This document shows positions 29,840 through 39,960 of a stretch of DNA of 64,000 nt, in pieces; the first letter of the stretch is position 1, and each line of letters begins with the position of its first letter. The stretch spans positions 1,824,001 to 1,888,000 of the forward strand of contig CBDFIQ010000002.1 of assembly GCA_965248195.1 (NCBI GenBank), read 5' to 3'. The DNA is from Longimicrobiales bacterium (GTDB lineage Bacteria > Gemmatimonadota > Gemmatimonadetes > Longimicrobiales > Gaopeijiaceae). The translations under genes and the position numbers were made by a program. Below the pieces are notes generated by a model that did not search any database, had not been told where the DNA came from, and worked only from the letters and a program-made list of their open reading frames with translations.

Positions 29840-31660
29840 CTAGTAGTCCACCGGCCTCAGGTAGAACTCGCCGATCGCGGTGGATGAAAGCATCGCGACC
29901 GTCGGCAGCTCTCTCTTCCAATGGGTTGCCGACAGTCGACGCCAGACGCAGTCCACATCGCTTTCGGGAAACCCGCCACTCTTGAGGTCGTCGGCCGTAT
30001 ACCCACTGAGTAGCCAGTGAAGGATCGGATCGGCGCGATGGTAGGAAATGCCGAGCTCATCCTCGTCATGAACGCCACGGACCAGGTCGGCCGACGCGGG
30101 CTTGTCGATGATCACGTCCGGCACCCCGAGGTGCCTGGCCAAATCCCAGACCTGAGTCTTGAAAAGATCTCCGAGCGGATTGATCGGGGGGGAATCATCC
30201 GCGTGCCACGTGTAGTATCCCAGGAGACGCTCCGACTTGTTCCCCGTACCGAGCGGGAGCGCACTGAGCTTCGCTGACTGGTCGAAAAGGATCACGGAAC
30301 GGAGGCGAGCCGCCAAATTCCCCCGGCGAAGGGGCGAAAGGTCAGGCTCATGCTTCTGCACGTATGCGTCCACGGTCTCCGTAATCTCGATCGTACGACC
30401 CTCGGCGCCGGACGCCTCCAAAACGAGGTCCGCATGGTCCAAGCTCTCCTGGCTGGAGGTCGCGTAGGGAAGGCGAAAGCCCGTCACATTCTCGGGGCCG
30501 AGAGCGCGGACGGCCAAGAGGAGCGACACGCTCGAGTCTACCCCCCCGGAGAGACCGATCACCACGCGCTCGAAGCCGCGCTGTCGAACGACTTCTTCCC
30601 GGATGAACTCCAGCAGAGCGCTTTCGACAAGGGGCAGATCCAGATCGAGCAGGGTGTCGTCTTCGGGATGGACGGTCGCATGCACGGTCGGGCCCCCCCG
30701 CTTGAAGGCGGGCTCGACCTCCGCCGAGCCGGCGCGGGCCGAGGCGGGCGACTGAGCCGGGCCTTGGGCGGGTGTCTGAGCCAGGCCTTGTGCTTCAGTA
30801 AGCGCCCTCTGCAGGTGAGGGAGTGTTTGCTCGAGATCGGCCAACAAGGGCGAGGCCACCCGCGCCCGGTCCAGGGACGCCGACTCCAACCGGGCCACGG
30901 TCACCCCAGCCTCGAAGAGTGGGCCCCGCGCGAGAACCGCGCCGTCGGGGCCAACCGCGATCGACCCACCCGGAAAGACCTTTCCCCCCTCCGAGCCGAC
31001 GAGCTGACTCACCACCACGAACACGCCGTGCTCGAGCGCGGTGGCCGGGGCCAAGGCCTCCCAATGACGCAAATTATGCGGGAGCCCTTCCCCAGCCGGC
31101 GTGAAGCCTCGCGCCGGAGATGCGCTCACTGCGATGATCAACTCCGCGCCCCCTACGGCCAGGATCGTGGGCGGTAGCGAGTGCCACATTTCCTCACAGA
31201 TGAGAAGCCCTGCACGTCCGAACCTGGTATCGAATGCTTGAACGCTTTTCCCGGCCTCCACGAAGCGCGCCTCGTCGAAGACGCCGTAGGTGGGCAGAAA
31301 CATCTTGCGATGGACGTGGGTCGCCTTGAAGCCTTGCTCGCCCGGTGTCAGGTATACCACGCTATTGTAGAGCCTTCGACGATGCCGCTCGAAGAAACCG
31401 AGCACGACATCGGGAGCTGACACGGGCGGCTGGCCCAGTCCCTTGGCAATGTCCGTCGCCGAGCGCGCCGCCTCGGCCACGCCACCCTCCAGGAAGTAGC
31501 CGGTAACGCTCGTCTCGGGAAACACCAATAGGTCGACCGCCCCTGCCTGCTCGGAGATCACATCACGAATCCGAGAGAGGTTGGACGCGACATCGGCCTT
31601 CTTGGGCTTGAACTGGGCGAGCCCCACCCGTAGCTGAAACCCTCCTGGCGGTCGTATCAT
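29840..31660 (-). CDS. nadE: Glutamine-dependent NAD+ synthetase (nitrilase-type glutaminase fused to synthetase)
   Basis: FPE, HRK..LPTYGVFDE and ICEE triad; GLSGGVDS, GTGNKSE, DLFKTQV, KPASADL. Confidence 0.93.
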   Translation of the reverse strand: MIRPPGGFQLRVGLAQFKPKKADVASNLSRIRDVISEQAGAVDLLVFPETSVTGYFLEGGVAEAARSATDIAKGLGQPPVSAPDVVLGFFERHRRRLYNSVVYLTPGEQGFKATHVHRKMFLPTYGVFDEARFVEAGKSVQAFDTRFGRAGLLICEEMWHSLPPTILAVGGAELIIAVSASPARGFTPAGEGLPHNLRHWEALAPATALEHGVFVVVSQLVGSEGGKVFPGGSIAVGPDGAVLARGPLFEAGVTVARLESASLDRARVASPLLADLEQTLPHLQRALTEAQGLAQTPAQGPAQSPASARAGSAEVEPAFKRGGPTVHATVHPEDDTLLDLDLPLVESALLEFIREEVVRQRGFERVVIGLSGGVDSSVSLLLAVRALGPENVTGFRLPYATSSQESLDHADLVLEASGAEGRTIEITETVDAYVQKHEPDLSPLRRGNLAARLRSVILFDQSAKLSALPLGTGNKSERLLGYYTWHADDSPPINPLGDLFKTQVWDLARHLGVPDVIIDKPASADLVRGVHDEDELGISYHRADPILHWLLSGYTADDLKSGGFPESDVDCVWRRLSATHWKRELPTVAMLSSTAIGEFYLRPVDY

Positions 31661-31832
31661 GAGCGACGTCTCCCGGGCACGTCGACGATCAAACGGTTCT
31701 CGACTGTCTCTCGACAAAGTAAGGATTCGACGGTCGAAGCCGAAGCCCCTTGCGTTCCGACCGGAACGAGGCAGGATTCGATGGGGTTTATAGACCAGCC
31801 TCACGACCGTTGCCCACACTGAAAGTGAATCG

Positions 31833-33464
31833 ATGATCCGTAAGACCTTACTCGGCCTCGGGTTGGCCCTCGTTCTGGCGCTGCCTTCGGCGGTCCAGTC
31901 GCAGAATAATACGGGACGGCCCCGCTCCGGAGGGCAGGCGGCCGCGTCCCCGGGCGCTCAGGAGTTCCTGAGCGTTTTTCAGGCCATTCGTGACTACGGC
32001 CTCCAAGAGCTCTCCGACTCGACGCTCTGGCACCGCGCCGTGGACGGGCTGATCCAGGAGCTGAATGATCCGTATGCGCAGACGTTCACGCCGGAGGAGT
32101 ACGAGGATTTCCAGGAGAACAATACGGGTAACTATGCGGGCATTGGCGTTGCGATCACGAACCTCAATGAAGCCATTACGGTCACGGCGGTATTCCGAGG
32201 CACTCCCGCCGACGAGGCCGGCCTCCAGGTCGGTGACCTCATCATTGGGGTGAACGACGAGAGTACCGAGGGATGGACGACCGGAGATGCGTCGAGCGCC
32301 ATCCGTGGCGAAGTGGGAACGACGGTGAACCTCGCGATCGCCCGCCAAGGACTCACCGCTCCACTCAGGCCGACGGTGCGCCGGGACAGTGTTCATGTCT
32401 CGGCTGCGGAAGAAGCGGGCCTCGTGGGCTCGAACGTCGCCTATATCGCGCTCGACCGTGTTGCTCGGGGTTCGACCGATGAAGTGGGGGCCCACCTTTC
32501 CCGCTTCAGCGATGCGCGGGGATTCATCCTCGACCTACGAGGCAATCCGGGGGGGTACCTCGACGAATCGCTTAGCATCTCGGATCTCTTCCTCGACGAA
32601 GGGGTCCTCCTCGCCAGCGCTGAGAGCCGTGTGCCGGGCGCGGCGGGCCGGAGTCGGGATGAGTCGTGGACCGCCGAAACTCCGGACCGCATTCCGGGCA
32701 AGCCGGTGATCGTCCTGGTCGACCGGTACTCCGCATCGGCCTCCGAAATCATCGCCGGGGCTCTTCAGGACCACGATCGAGCCTTGGTGATCGGCGAGAG
32801 AACCTTCGGAAAGGGCGTCTTCCAGAACGTGTTCCGGCTCACCGAAACACGTCACCTTCGGCTCACGACCGGCGAGTGGTATACTCCGCTGGGAAGATCC
32901 CTCCATCGGCCCAGGACGGCCCAGGGTAACCCGTTCCCCGAAGAGCCCGACACGTTCCGCGTCGTCAAGACCCGGGGGGGGCGCGAGCTCGTCGCTGCGG
33001 GCGGCGTGTTCCCCGATCTCGAGATCAGCAACGACACCCTCACGGTGCTCGAGCGGGAGTTCCTCTCTCAAACCGCCCGCGCCCGTGTTCCATTGAACCT
33101 CCGCATCGAGGAGTTCGCCTTCGGTCAAGCCGAGCGGTACCGGGCCGAAGGGAACGACCCTTCACTCGATGCTGCGGCCTTCCAGCAATTTCTGACCGGG
33201 CTCGCCGAAGACGGCGCCGATCGCACGTATCTCGACAATGACGAGGTGCGCAGGTACCTGGAATACTTGATCCTTCCGCGGGTCGCGCAACGGATGGACA
33301 GGATGGGACGGGCCATGGAGCTTCGAGCCAACCGTGATCCAGTCCTCTCGGAAGCCATGCGGCTCCTGGGCGAGGTCGAGACCCAAGCCGAATTATTCGC
33401 GGCCGCGGATCGGTTGAATGCGGCCTCGCGGGACGTCCAGGTGGACGCCAGTCCAATTCGATAA
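31833..33464 (+). CDS. Carboxyl-terminal processing protease (S41, PDZ; CtpA-like)
   Basis: Signal peptide, PDZ domain, LDLRGNPGG, SASASEI, GERTFGKG. Confidence 0.95.
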   Translation: MIRKTLLGLGLALVLALPSAVQSQNNTGRPRSGGQAAASPGAQEFLSVFQAIRDYGLQELSDSTLWHRAVDGLIQELNDPYAQTFTPEEYEDFQENNTGNYAGIGVAITNLNEAITVTAVFRGTPADEAGLQVGDLIIGVNDESTEGWTTGDASSAIRGEVGTTVNLAIARQGLTAPLRPTVRRDSVHVSAAEEAGLVGSNVAYIALDRVARGSTDEVGAHLSRFSDARGFILDLRGNPGGYLDESLSISDLFLDEGVLLASAESRVPGAAGRSRDESWTAETPDRIPGKPVIVLVDRYSASASEIIAGALQDHDRALVIGERTFGKGVFQNVFRLTETRHLRLTTGEWYTPLGRSLHRPRTAQGNPFPEEPDTFRVVKTRGGRELVAAGGVFPDLEISNDTLTVLEREFLSQTARARVPLNLRIEEFAFGQAERYRAEGNDPSLDAAAFQQFLTGLAEDGADRTYLDNDEVRRYLEYLILPRVAQRMDRMGRAMELRANRDPVLSEAMRLLGEVETQAELFAAADRLNAASRDVQVDASPIR

Positions 33465-33473
33465 GGCGGTATC

Positions 33474-33503
33474 CTTAGTGTGGTTTCTGGACACCACACT
33501 AAG
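33474..33503. terminator. 11-bp-stem hairpin between convergent ctpA and xerD
   Basis: CTTAGTGTGGT-ttctggac-ACCACACTAAG, overlapping the xerD TAG. Confidence 0.55.
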
Positions 33504-34437
33504 ACCTTGGATGGTATCTCCGATGCATGTCACGAAGGTATTTCCGGTCCAGGTGCGTGTAGATCTGAGTCGTTGAAATGTCGGCATGACCCAGAAGTTC
33601 CTGGACCGCCACCAGATCCGCCCCTCCCTCCAGCAGATGCGTAGCAAACGTGTGCCGGAGCACATGGGGAGACACCTTGCGTTCGATGCCCGCCAAACGC
33701 GCAGCCGCCTTTACGATCTTCCACACCGATGTCCTGGACAGGGGGCGTCCTCGCTGATTCAGAAAGACGCACCCGCCGCCCTTGCCCCTCTCCAAGGCTG
33801 GCCTCACCTCACGTAAGTAACGGGAAAGAGCCACGCACGCCGGGCGCCCGAGTGGAACCATGCGCTCCTTGGAGCCCTTCCCGAAGACCGTGCACAATCC
33901 CTCCTCCAGATCGAGACTGGTAAGACGCAAGCCCAAGAGCTCGGACACGCGCACGCCGGTGGCATAGAGAAATTCCAGGATCGCCCGGTCGCGCCAGTGG
34001 ACGGGTGAATCCAGTCGAGGTGCCTCCAACAGTGCAGACACGTCGGCGGCATCGAGGACGTTTGGAAGCGGCCGGGCGACACGTGGGTTTTGAAGCCCCT
34101 CCGTCGGGTCGCTTTTCAAAGCGCCCTCCTCAAGGAGAAATCCGAAATAGGTACGGAGGGCGGACTGTGCGCGGCGCACGGAGGTTGGGGCAAGCCCAAG
34201 GTCGCCGAGGTGAAAGACATAGTCTCGTACGTCATCCCCCCCCACAGACGAAGGATCGCGCCGTCCTCTCGCAGTCGCGAAGGCGATGAATTTTTCGAGC
34301 TCACGCCCATACGCGCTGACCGTCAGCGGGGACAACCCACGTTCGAAGTTCAGATAGTCGGCGTACTGTTCAGCCTGAAATTCGATCGCCTCAATCACTC
34401 GGTCATTCCGGTTCGTCACCATGCTGCCCTGGCCCAT
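33499..34437 (-). CDS. xerD: Site-specific tyrosine recombinase XerD
   Basis: RDRAILEFLYATGVRVSE, GKGSKER, HVLRHTFATHLL, LGHADISTTQIYTH. Confidence 0.9.
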   Translation of the reverse strand: MGQGSMVTNRNDRVIEAIEFQAEQYADYLNFERGLSPLTVSAYGRELEKFIAFATARGRRDPSSVGGDDVRDYVFHLGDLGLAPTSVRRAQSALRTYFGFLLEEGALKSDPTEGLQNPRVARPLPNVLDAADVSALLEAPRLDSPVHWRDRAILEFLYATGVRVSELLGLRLTSLDLEEGLCTVFGKGSKERMVPLGRPACVALSRYLREVRPALERGKGGGCVFLNQRGRPLSRTSVWKIVKAAARLAGIERKVSPHVLRHTFATHLLEGGADLVAVQELLGHADISTTQIYTHLDRKYLRDMHRRYHPRS

Positions 34438-35074
34438 CCTCCGGGTCGCTATCCTTCAGATGACTCCTCCGAGATCGCACCCACCACCAGGCCAACCACA
34501 CGACAATCACCCCCGCGATGCTGGCCAACGTCCAGTTCACACGGTTTTGCATCCTCAGTAACTGGTCGATATTCCGCCCAGCGAACGCTCCGACCCAGAC
34601 GAGGGCTCCGTACCAAACCCCCGAAGCCAGCAAGAGAGGGAACGCCACCGATATGGGGCGCTGTCGGATGAGGCCCGCAAAAACGGGCGTAACGGCCCGC
34701 AGCCCTGGTAAGAACCGTGTGTAAAAAATGGCTGCCGCCCCCCAGCGCCGGTAAAACCTCCGAACGATCCCTACCTGTTTCGGATCGAGCAGGTAACGCC
34801 CGAGCCGAGTCTGGAAGAAAGATTCGCCGTAAAGGTAGGCTGCCGTGTAGACCGCAAGCGCGGAGAGCACGTTCGATGTCCAGGTCACGAGAAAGACGAT
34901 TCCCTCGCTCGCGCTTCCTCGGGCAGCCCAGAAACCGCCGAGCAGTACGAACGTGTCGGCCGGAATCAGAGGGACGAGGTTTTCGACTGCCGCCCCCACG
35001 CCCAGCACGGCATACATCAGGACGGGGGGTACGTCCCGTAGCCAGACAAGAAGCCCGTCCACCACCTCGCTCAA
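34403..35074 (-). CDS. DedA family membrane protein
   Basis: EN..P.IP.D, RFLPGLR..P..AG motifs; start approximate. Confidence 0.9.
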   Translation of the reverse strand: MSEVVDGLLVWLRDVPPVLMYAVLGVGAAVENLVPLIPADTFVLLGGFWAARGSASEGIVFLVTWTSNVLSALAVYTAAYLYGESFFQTRLGRYLLDPKQVGIVRRFYRRWGAAAIFYTRFLPGLRAVTPVFAGLIRQRPISVAFPLLLASGVWYGALVWVGAFAGRNIDQLLRMQNRVNWTLASIAGVIVVWLAWWWVRSRRSHLKDSDPEDGPGQHGDEPE

Positions 35075-35076
35075 TC

Positions 35077-35095
35077 TAGAAGGCTGTTGAAGGAG
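35077..35095. repeat. Solo copy of the nuoB-C element terminus between ispF and dedA
   Basis: TAGAAGGCTGTTGAAGGAG, 19/19 identical to 62988-63006, preceded by C (CTAG). Confidence 0.85.
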
Positions 35096-35109
35096 CGGGG
35101 CGAGCCGCG

Positions 35110-35610
35110 TTAGGAGGTCCGACGTGCGCCATCGTCTCCCGAGTGCTCCAGAAGCGCCACAGCGTGAACTGCCATGCCCTCTCCAGAACCGATCCAGCCC
35201 ATACCCTCGTTCGTCTTCCCCTTGACGGAAATCGCCTCGAGAGCGGTACCCAGCACCTCTGCGAGCCGCGCTACCATCTCTTGCGCGCTGGGGGCGATCT
35301 TGGGTTGCTCGGTGATTACCGTGACGTCGAGATTGCAAACCCGAAGGTCGGATTCACCGATGAGTTCGACCACCCGCGCCAGCAACTCCATGGAATCCGC
35401 ATCCTTCCAATCGGGCTCGGAAGGGGGGAAAAGGCGACCGATGTCACCCAGAGCCGCGGCGCCAAGTAGGGCGTCCGTGACCGCATGGGCGATGGCATCC
35501 CCGTCGGAGTGGCCTAGAAGCCCTGGGTGATTCGGAATCCGGACACCTCCGAGAACGAGGGAACGCGCCTCGTCAAAGCGGTGCGAGTCGTATCCGAAGC
35601 CGATCCTCAT
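35110..35610 (-). CDS. ispF: 2-C-methyl-D-erythritol 2,4-cyclodiphosphate synthase
   Basis: RIGFGYDSHRF, GHSDGD, GDIG..FP, KGKTNE. Confidence 0.97.
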   Translation of the reverse strand: MRIGFGYDSHRFDEARSLVLGGVRIPNHPGLLGHSDGDAIAHAVTDALLGAAALGDIGRLFPPSEPDWKDADSMELLARVVELIGESDLRVCNLDVTVITEQPKIAPSAQEMVARLAEVLGTALEAISVKGKTNEGMGWIGSGEGMAVHAVALLEHSGDDGARRTS

Positions 35611-35650
35611 CGAGCCCATCGTATTCGCCACTCCGTTCACTTCGTGGGGC

Positions 35651-36913
35651 CTATTCCCCTCCCCAGGCCCGAATGGCCAAACAAGCGTTGTGCCCGCCAA
35701 ATCCGAAGGAGTTGGAGAGTGCAACTTCAACCGGGCGTTCGACGACACCGTGCCGGGCGTAGTCGAGGTCACAATCCGGATCTGGATCGGTCAAGTTGAT
35801 CGTGGAAGGAATCCGACCCTCCTGGCAGACCAGAGCCGTGACGACAGCCTCGACGCCGCCGGCGGCCCCCAAGAGATGGCCCGTCATCGATTTCGTGGAG
35901 CCCACGATTACCGAAAACGCCGATTCCCCCAGAACCTGCTTGATCGCCGCAGTCTCGGTCCGGTCGTTGGCCTGGGTCGACGTGCCGTGGGCATTGACGT
36001 AATCCACATCCTTCGCACTCACGCCTGCGTCATCCATGGCCATGCGCATAGCGTGTTGAGCGCCCGTTCCCTCCGGTGCGGGCATCGTGATGTGGTGCGA
36101 GTCCGCCGACACGCCGTACCCGGCGACCTCGGCCACGATCGTCGCACCGCGGGCAATGGCCGTCTCCAATGCCTCCAGTATGACGCAACCCGCTCCCTCG
36201 CCGATGACGAATCCGTCTCGGCCGGCATCGAAGGGGCGGGATGCGGCCGCAGGGTCGTCGTTTCTGGTAGACAACGCCCTCATGGACGCGAATCCCGCGA
36301 CGGCCAGAGGAGTAATCGTCGCCTCCCCTCCCCCGGCGATCATGACGTCGGCATCACCGCGCTCTATAAACCGGAACGCATCCCCGATCGCATGGGCGCC
36401 CGACGCGCACGCCGAGACCGTTGCATAGTTCGGCCCTTTCGCCCCGAAACGGATCGAAATCAGGCCTGCCGCGATGTCGGGGATGAACATGGGGATGAAG
36501 AAAGGGCTTACTCGGCCCGGCCCGCGGGCCTTCAGTTGGTCATGCTGGGCTTCCATGGTGGAGATGCCGCCGATTCCGCTGCCGAAGATCACGCCAAAAC
36601 GTTCGGGATCGACTCCCTCGGGCGCGCCCGCGAGTCCGGCGCCTCGCATGGCCTCATCAGCGGCCCCGACGCCAAACTGCGCGAAACGGTCGTACCGGCG
36701 GGCTTCTTTTTTTTCGAGAAAGGTGAGCGGATCGAAGTTCTTCACCTCGCAGGCGATTCGGGTTACGTACTGCTCTGTGGTCTCGAAGAGGGTGATAGGT
36801 CCCGCGCCGGTCTCGCCTGCCAGCAACGCACTCCAGGTCGAAGGCACGTCGTTCCCCACCGGAGTGATCGCCCCGAGGCCTGTGATGACCACCCTACGGC
36901 GGCTATCGCTCAT
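35651..36913 (-). CDS. fabF: Beta-ketoacyl-ACP synthase II
   Basis: RRVVITGLG, SACASG, NAHGTST, GHLLGAAG, NSFGFGG. Confidence 0.97.
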   Translation of the reverse strand: MSDSRRRVVITGLGAITPVGNDVPSTWSALLAGETGAGPITLFETTEQYVTRIACEVKNFDPLTFLEKKEARRYDRFAQFGVGAADEAMRGAGLAGAPEGVDPERFGVIFGSGIGGISTMEAQHDQLKARGPGRVSPFFIPMFIPDIAAGLISIRFGAKGPNYATVSACASGAHAIGDAFRFIERGDADVMIAGGGEATITPLAVAGFASMRALSTRNDDPAAASRPFDAGRDGFVIGEGAGCVILEALETAIARGATIVAEVAGYGVSADSHHITMPAPEGTGAQHAMRMAMDDAGVSAKDVDYVNAHGTSTQANDRTETAAIKQVLGESAFSVIVGSTKSMTGHLLGAAGGVEAVVTALVCQEGRIPSTINLTDPDPDCDLDYARHGVVERPVEVALSNSFGFGGHNACLAIRAWGGE

Positions 36914-36949
36914 GGCCAGAACGCCTCTACAACAGACCCTTCAGTGGCT

Positions 36950-37192
36950 TCACGACTCCTCGTGCTTCTCGATGTAGGCGACGGCTTCGCCCACAGTGCG
37001 CATCTGCTCCGCATCCTCATCCGGGATATCGATGGTGAACTCTTCCTCGAAGGCCATCACGAGCTCAACGGTATCCAGAGAATCGGCTCCGAGATCATCC
37101 ACGAAGGAAGCCTCGGGAGTGACCTTCTCCGGATCCACTCCCAACTCATTGATAATAATTTCTTTGACCTTCGCGGCGGTGTTGTCAGCCAT
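36950..37192 (-). CDS. acpP: Acyl carrier protein
   Basis: [20 protein letters not shown]. Confidence 0.98.
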   Translation of the reverse strand: MADNTAAKVKEIIINELGVDPEKVTPEASFVDDLGADSLDTVELVMAFEEEFTIDIPDEDAEQMRTVGEAVAYIEKHEES

Positions 37193-37258
37193 GGTGCCTC
37201 CGTAAAAGTGAGTCCAAACGTGTTGAGTCGACTTGAACCATCTCGGATCAGGATTACC

Positions 37259-37996
37259 CTAAATGGCCATCCCTCCGTCTACCGCGACGACCTGGCCGGT
37301 AATGTAGCGGGCCGCGGGTCCCGCAAGAAAGCGCACCAGCCCACCCACGTCTGCGGGATCGCCAAAACGACGGAGCGGAATCCGAGTTTGTAGCTCTTCC
37401 AGGGCGGCCTCGGGCAGCTCTGCCGTCATGTCTGTCGTGATGAAGCCCGGCGCGATCGCGTTGCAGCGGATCCCCCGCGGCGCGAGCTCCTTCGCGATGC
37501 TCTTCGTAAATCCGATGAGGCCGGCCTTGGAGGCGGCGTAGTTCGCCTGGCCGGCGTTTCCCACGATCCCGACCACCGAGGTGATGTTCAAGACCACACC
37601 GCTTCGCCGTTTCATCATCCCCCTTGCGAGGGCGCGGGTCATGTTGAACGCCCCCTTGAGATTGACGGCGAGGACCTCGTCCCACTCCTCTTCCTTCATG
37701 CGGATGAAGATGTTGTCCCTGGTGATGCCGGCGTTGTTGACCAGAATCTCGATGGGTCCCAACTCCTCTTCCACCTTTCCGACGACCGCCTTGGCGCTTT
37801 CCGCATCGCTGACGTCGCTGCCGTAACCCTTGTGCCCGGCACCCTCGAGCGAGGCCGCCGCAGACTCGGCAGCCTCTCCGTTACGGCCCACGATGGCCAC
37901 TTTGGCGCCGGCGAGCGCGAATTCCAGCGCGATCGCCAGCCCGATGCCGCGGGAGCCTCCCGTGACGAGCGCAACCTGTCCGTCGAGTTCTGTCAT
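37259..37996 (-). CDS. fabG: 3-oxoacyl-ACP reductase
   Basis: TGGSRGIG, NNAGITRD, YAASKAG. Confidence 0.97.
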   Translation of the reverse strand: MTELDGQVALVTGGSRGIGLAIALEFALAGAKVAIVGRNGEAAESAAASLEGAGHKGYGSDVSDAESAKAVVGKVEEELGPIEILVNNAGITRDNIFIRMKEEEWDEVLAVNLKGAFNMTRALARGMMKRRSGVVLNITSVVGIVGNAGQANYAASKAGLIGFTKSIAKELAPRGIRCNAIAPGFITTDMTAELPEAALEELQTRIPLRRFGDPADVGGLVRFLAGPAARYITGQVVAVDGGMAI

Positions 37997-38023
37997 AGAT
38001 CACGCCTTCAGAGATTGCCTCCT

Positions 38024-38947
38024 TCAAGGCTCCCATACTTCGAGATCTTCCGGCTCACCAAGAGATGCGCACGGGATGGCTTTCACAATCCTCCGATTCA
38101 GTCCGCGTAAGACCGAACCAGGTCCGATCTCCAGGAATCGGTCCACACCGGACTCGGCCATATTCAGGACGGAGGCCGCCCACCGTATAGGCGTGGTGAG
38201 CTGCCGCACCAATAACGCCCTTGCTGCGTCTCCTGTCGATACCGGCTCTCCGGTAACATTGCTGATAATCGGAAACGCGGGATCGTGGAAGGACTGGCGT
38301 TCGAGCCAGGCTTCAAACTCTATCGCCGCCGGCGCCATCAGCGGTGAATGAAACGCTCCAGAAACACTCAACCGAACCACACGTTTGGCGCCCCCCTCCA
38401 ACGCAAGCTCCATCGCTCGGTCCACCCCCGTGAGGTCTCCGCTGATGACTACCTGGCCCACCGCGTTGAAGTTCGCCGGGACGCACACACCTGCTTCCTC
38501 CTCGGCCCGCTCGCAGACCGAGACGACGGCTGCATCGTCGAGTCCGATCACGGCTGCCATGGTACCGGGCCGCTCGATACCGGCAGTGTACATCAGTTGT
38601 CCACGTAGGCGCACGGTGAGGACGGCGGCGGCGAAATCGAGCGTCCCCGCCGCAACATGAGCGGAAAATTCCCCCAAGGAGTGCCCCGCGGCCAGCCCCA
38701 CCTCGCCGAGACGGCTCTGGATGACCCGGTATACGGCAGTGGAGTGCACGAGCATCGCCGGCTGGGCATTTTTGGTAAGCACCAGATGGTCCTCCGGCCC
38801 CTCCCATGCGAGCTTGGAGATCGAGAACCCCAGAACGTCATCCGCCTCTTCGAACACGCGAGCGGCCTCGGGATAGGCGGACGCCAGAGATCGGCCCATC
38901 CCGACGTACTGGGAGCCTTGTCCGGGGAAGAGAAGTGCGAGGGACAC
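38024..38947 (-). CDS. fabD: Malonyl-CoA:ACP transacylase
   Basis: FPGQGSQ, GHSLGE, SGAFHS. Confidence 0.97.
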   Translation of the reverse strand: MSLALLFPGQGSQYVGMGRSLASAYPEAARVFEEADDVLGFSISKLAWEGPEDHLVLTKNAQPAMLVHSTAVYRVIQSRLGEVGLAAGHSLGEFSAHVAAGTLDFAAAVLTVRLRGQLMYTAGIERPGTMAAVIGLDDAAVVSVCERAEEEAGVCVPANFNAVGQVVISGDLTGVDRAMELALEGGAKRVVRLSVSGAFHSPLMAPAAIEFEAWLERQSFHDPAFPIISNVTGEPVSTGDAARALLVRQLTTPIRWAASVLNMAESGVDRFLEIGPGSVLRGLNRRIVKAIPCASLGEPEDLEVWEP

Positions 38948-38967
38948 GTCGTTCGGACCGCCCGTTC

Positions 38968-39960
38968 CTACCAGCGGACGGCCATGGCGCCCCAGGTCAG
39001 CCCAGCTCCGAACGCCACGAGTAAAAGGTTCATTCCCGGCTCCAGCCGGCCCTCCTCGATCGCCTCGTCCATCGCCACCGGAATGGTCGCGGAGCTCATA
39101 TTTCCATATCGGTCGACGTTTACGAACACCTTCTCCATGGGAAGCCCCGCGTAACGCGCGGTCGCCTTGATGATTCGGATGTTGGCTTGATGGGGGAACA
39201 CCAAGTCCACGTCCTCCCGCGTCCAGCCTGAGCGTTCCATCGCCTGTCCACAGCTATCCGCCATCGCAGTTACGGCATGCTTGAAGATCTCCCTCCCCGA
39301 CATCCGCAAAAGATGGGTCCGATTCCGGAGTACATCCTCGTCCATCGGGATGGCGGCTCCTCCGGCCGGCCGGTAGAGAAGGTCCGCCAGGTTTCCATCG
39401 GACTGGTGGTGGGTACCCAGGATACCTCGCTCCCCCGCCGACTCCCGCACGACCGCCGCACCCGCACCATCACCGAACAGCACGCAGGTGGCTCGATCCT
39501 CCCAATCTACGATGGAACTCAACTTCTCCGTGGCGACAACAAGGGCGATTTCGCCGCGACCCGTCGAGATGTATCCCTCGGCCACGGTGAGCGCATAGAT
39601 GAAACCCGTGCAGGCACCGAGGACGTCGAAGGCAACGGCTTTCGTAGCCCCGATGAGGGCCTGAACATCGCAAGCGGTGGCGGGAAGCCAGCGGTCAGGC
39701 GTCGCCGTCGCGACGATCAGGACGTCGACGTCCTCGGGTGCCACACCGGCTCGCTCCATGGCGACCCGAGCGGCAGCCGCACCCATATCTGCGGCGGTCA
39801 TCTCGGGGGGCGCGATGCGGCGCTCGCGAATTCCGGTTCGCTCGAAGATCCACGCATCGGTGGTCTCGACGATCGATTCCATATCTCGATTCGTCACGAC
39901 GCGGTCGGGCAGAAATCGGCCCGTCGACACGATCTCGACCAACGGATTTGTCGTCGTCAA
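38968..39960 (-). CDS. fabH: Beta-ketoacyl-ACP synthase III
   Basis: ACTGF, FGDGAGA, PHQANIRI, YGNMSSA; TTG start overlaps the plsX stop. Confidence 0.96.
   Translation of the reverse strand: MTTTNPLVEIVSTGRFLPDRVVTNRDMESIVETTDAWIFERTGIRERRIAPPEMTAADMGAAAARVAMERAGVAPEDVDVLIVATATPDRWLPATACDVQALIGATKAVAFDVLGACTGFIYALTVAEGYISTGRGEIALVVATEKLSSIVDWEDRATCVLFGDGAGAAVVRESAGERGILGTHHQSDGNLADLLYRPAGGAAIPMDEDVLRNRTHLLRMSGREIFKHAVTAMADSCGQAMERSGWTREDVDLVFPHQANIRIIKATARYAGLPMEKVFVNVDRYGNMSSATIPVAMDEAIEEGRLEPGMNLLLVAFGAGLTWGAMAVRW

Noticed and set aside
33499..34437. Prophage or island integrase
   Set aside because: Typical housekeeping XerD sequence in a core operon; no att sites, phage genes or composition shift.
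35690..37393. Long antisense or alternate-frame ORFs (e.g. 35690-37393 +, 12328-13635 +, 50231-51652 +, 51465-53405 -, 56079-57656 +, 58913-60454 +)
   Set aside because: Shadow ORFs of well-conserved genes, expected from high-GC codon bias; no recognisable motifs.
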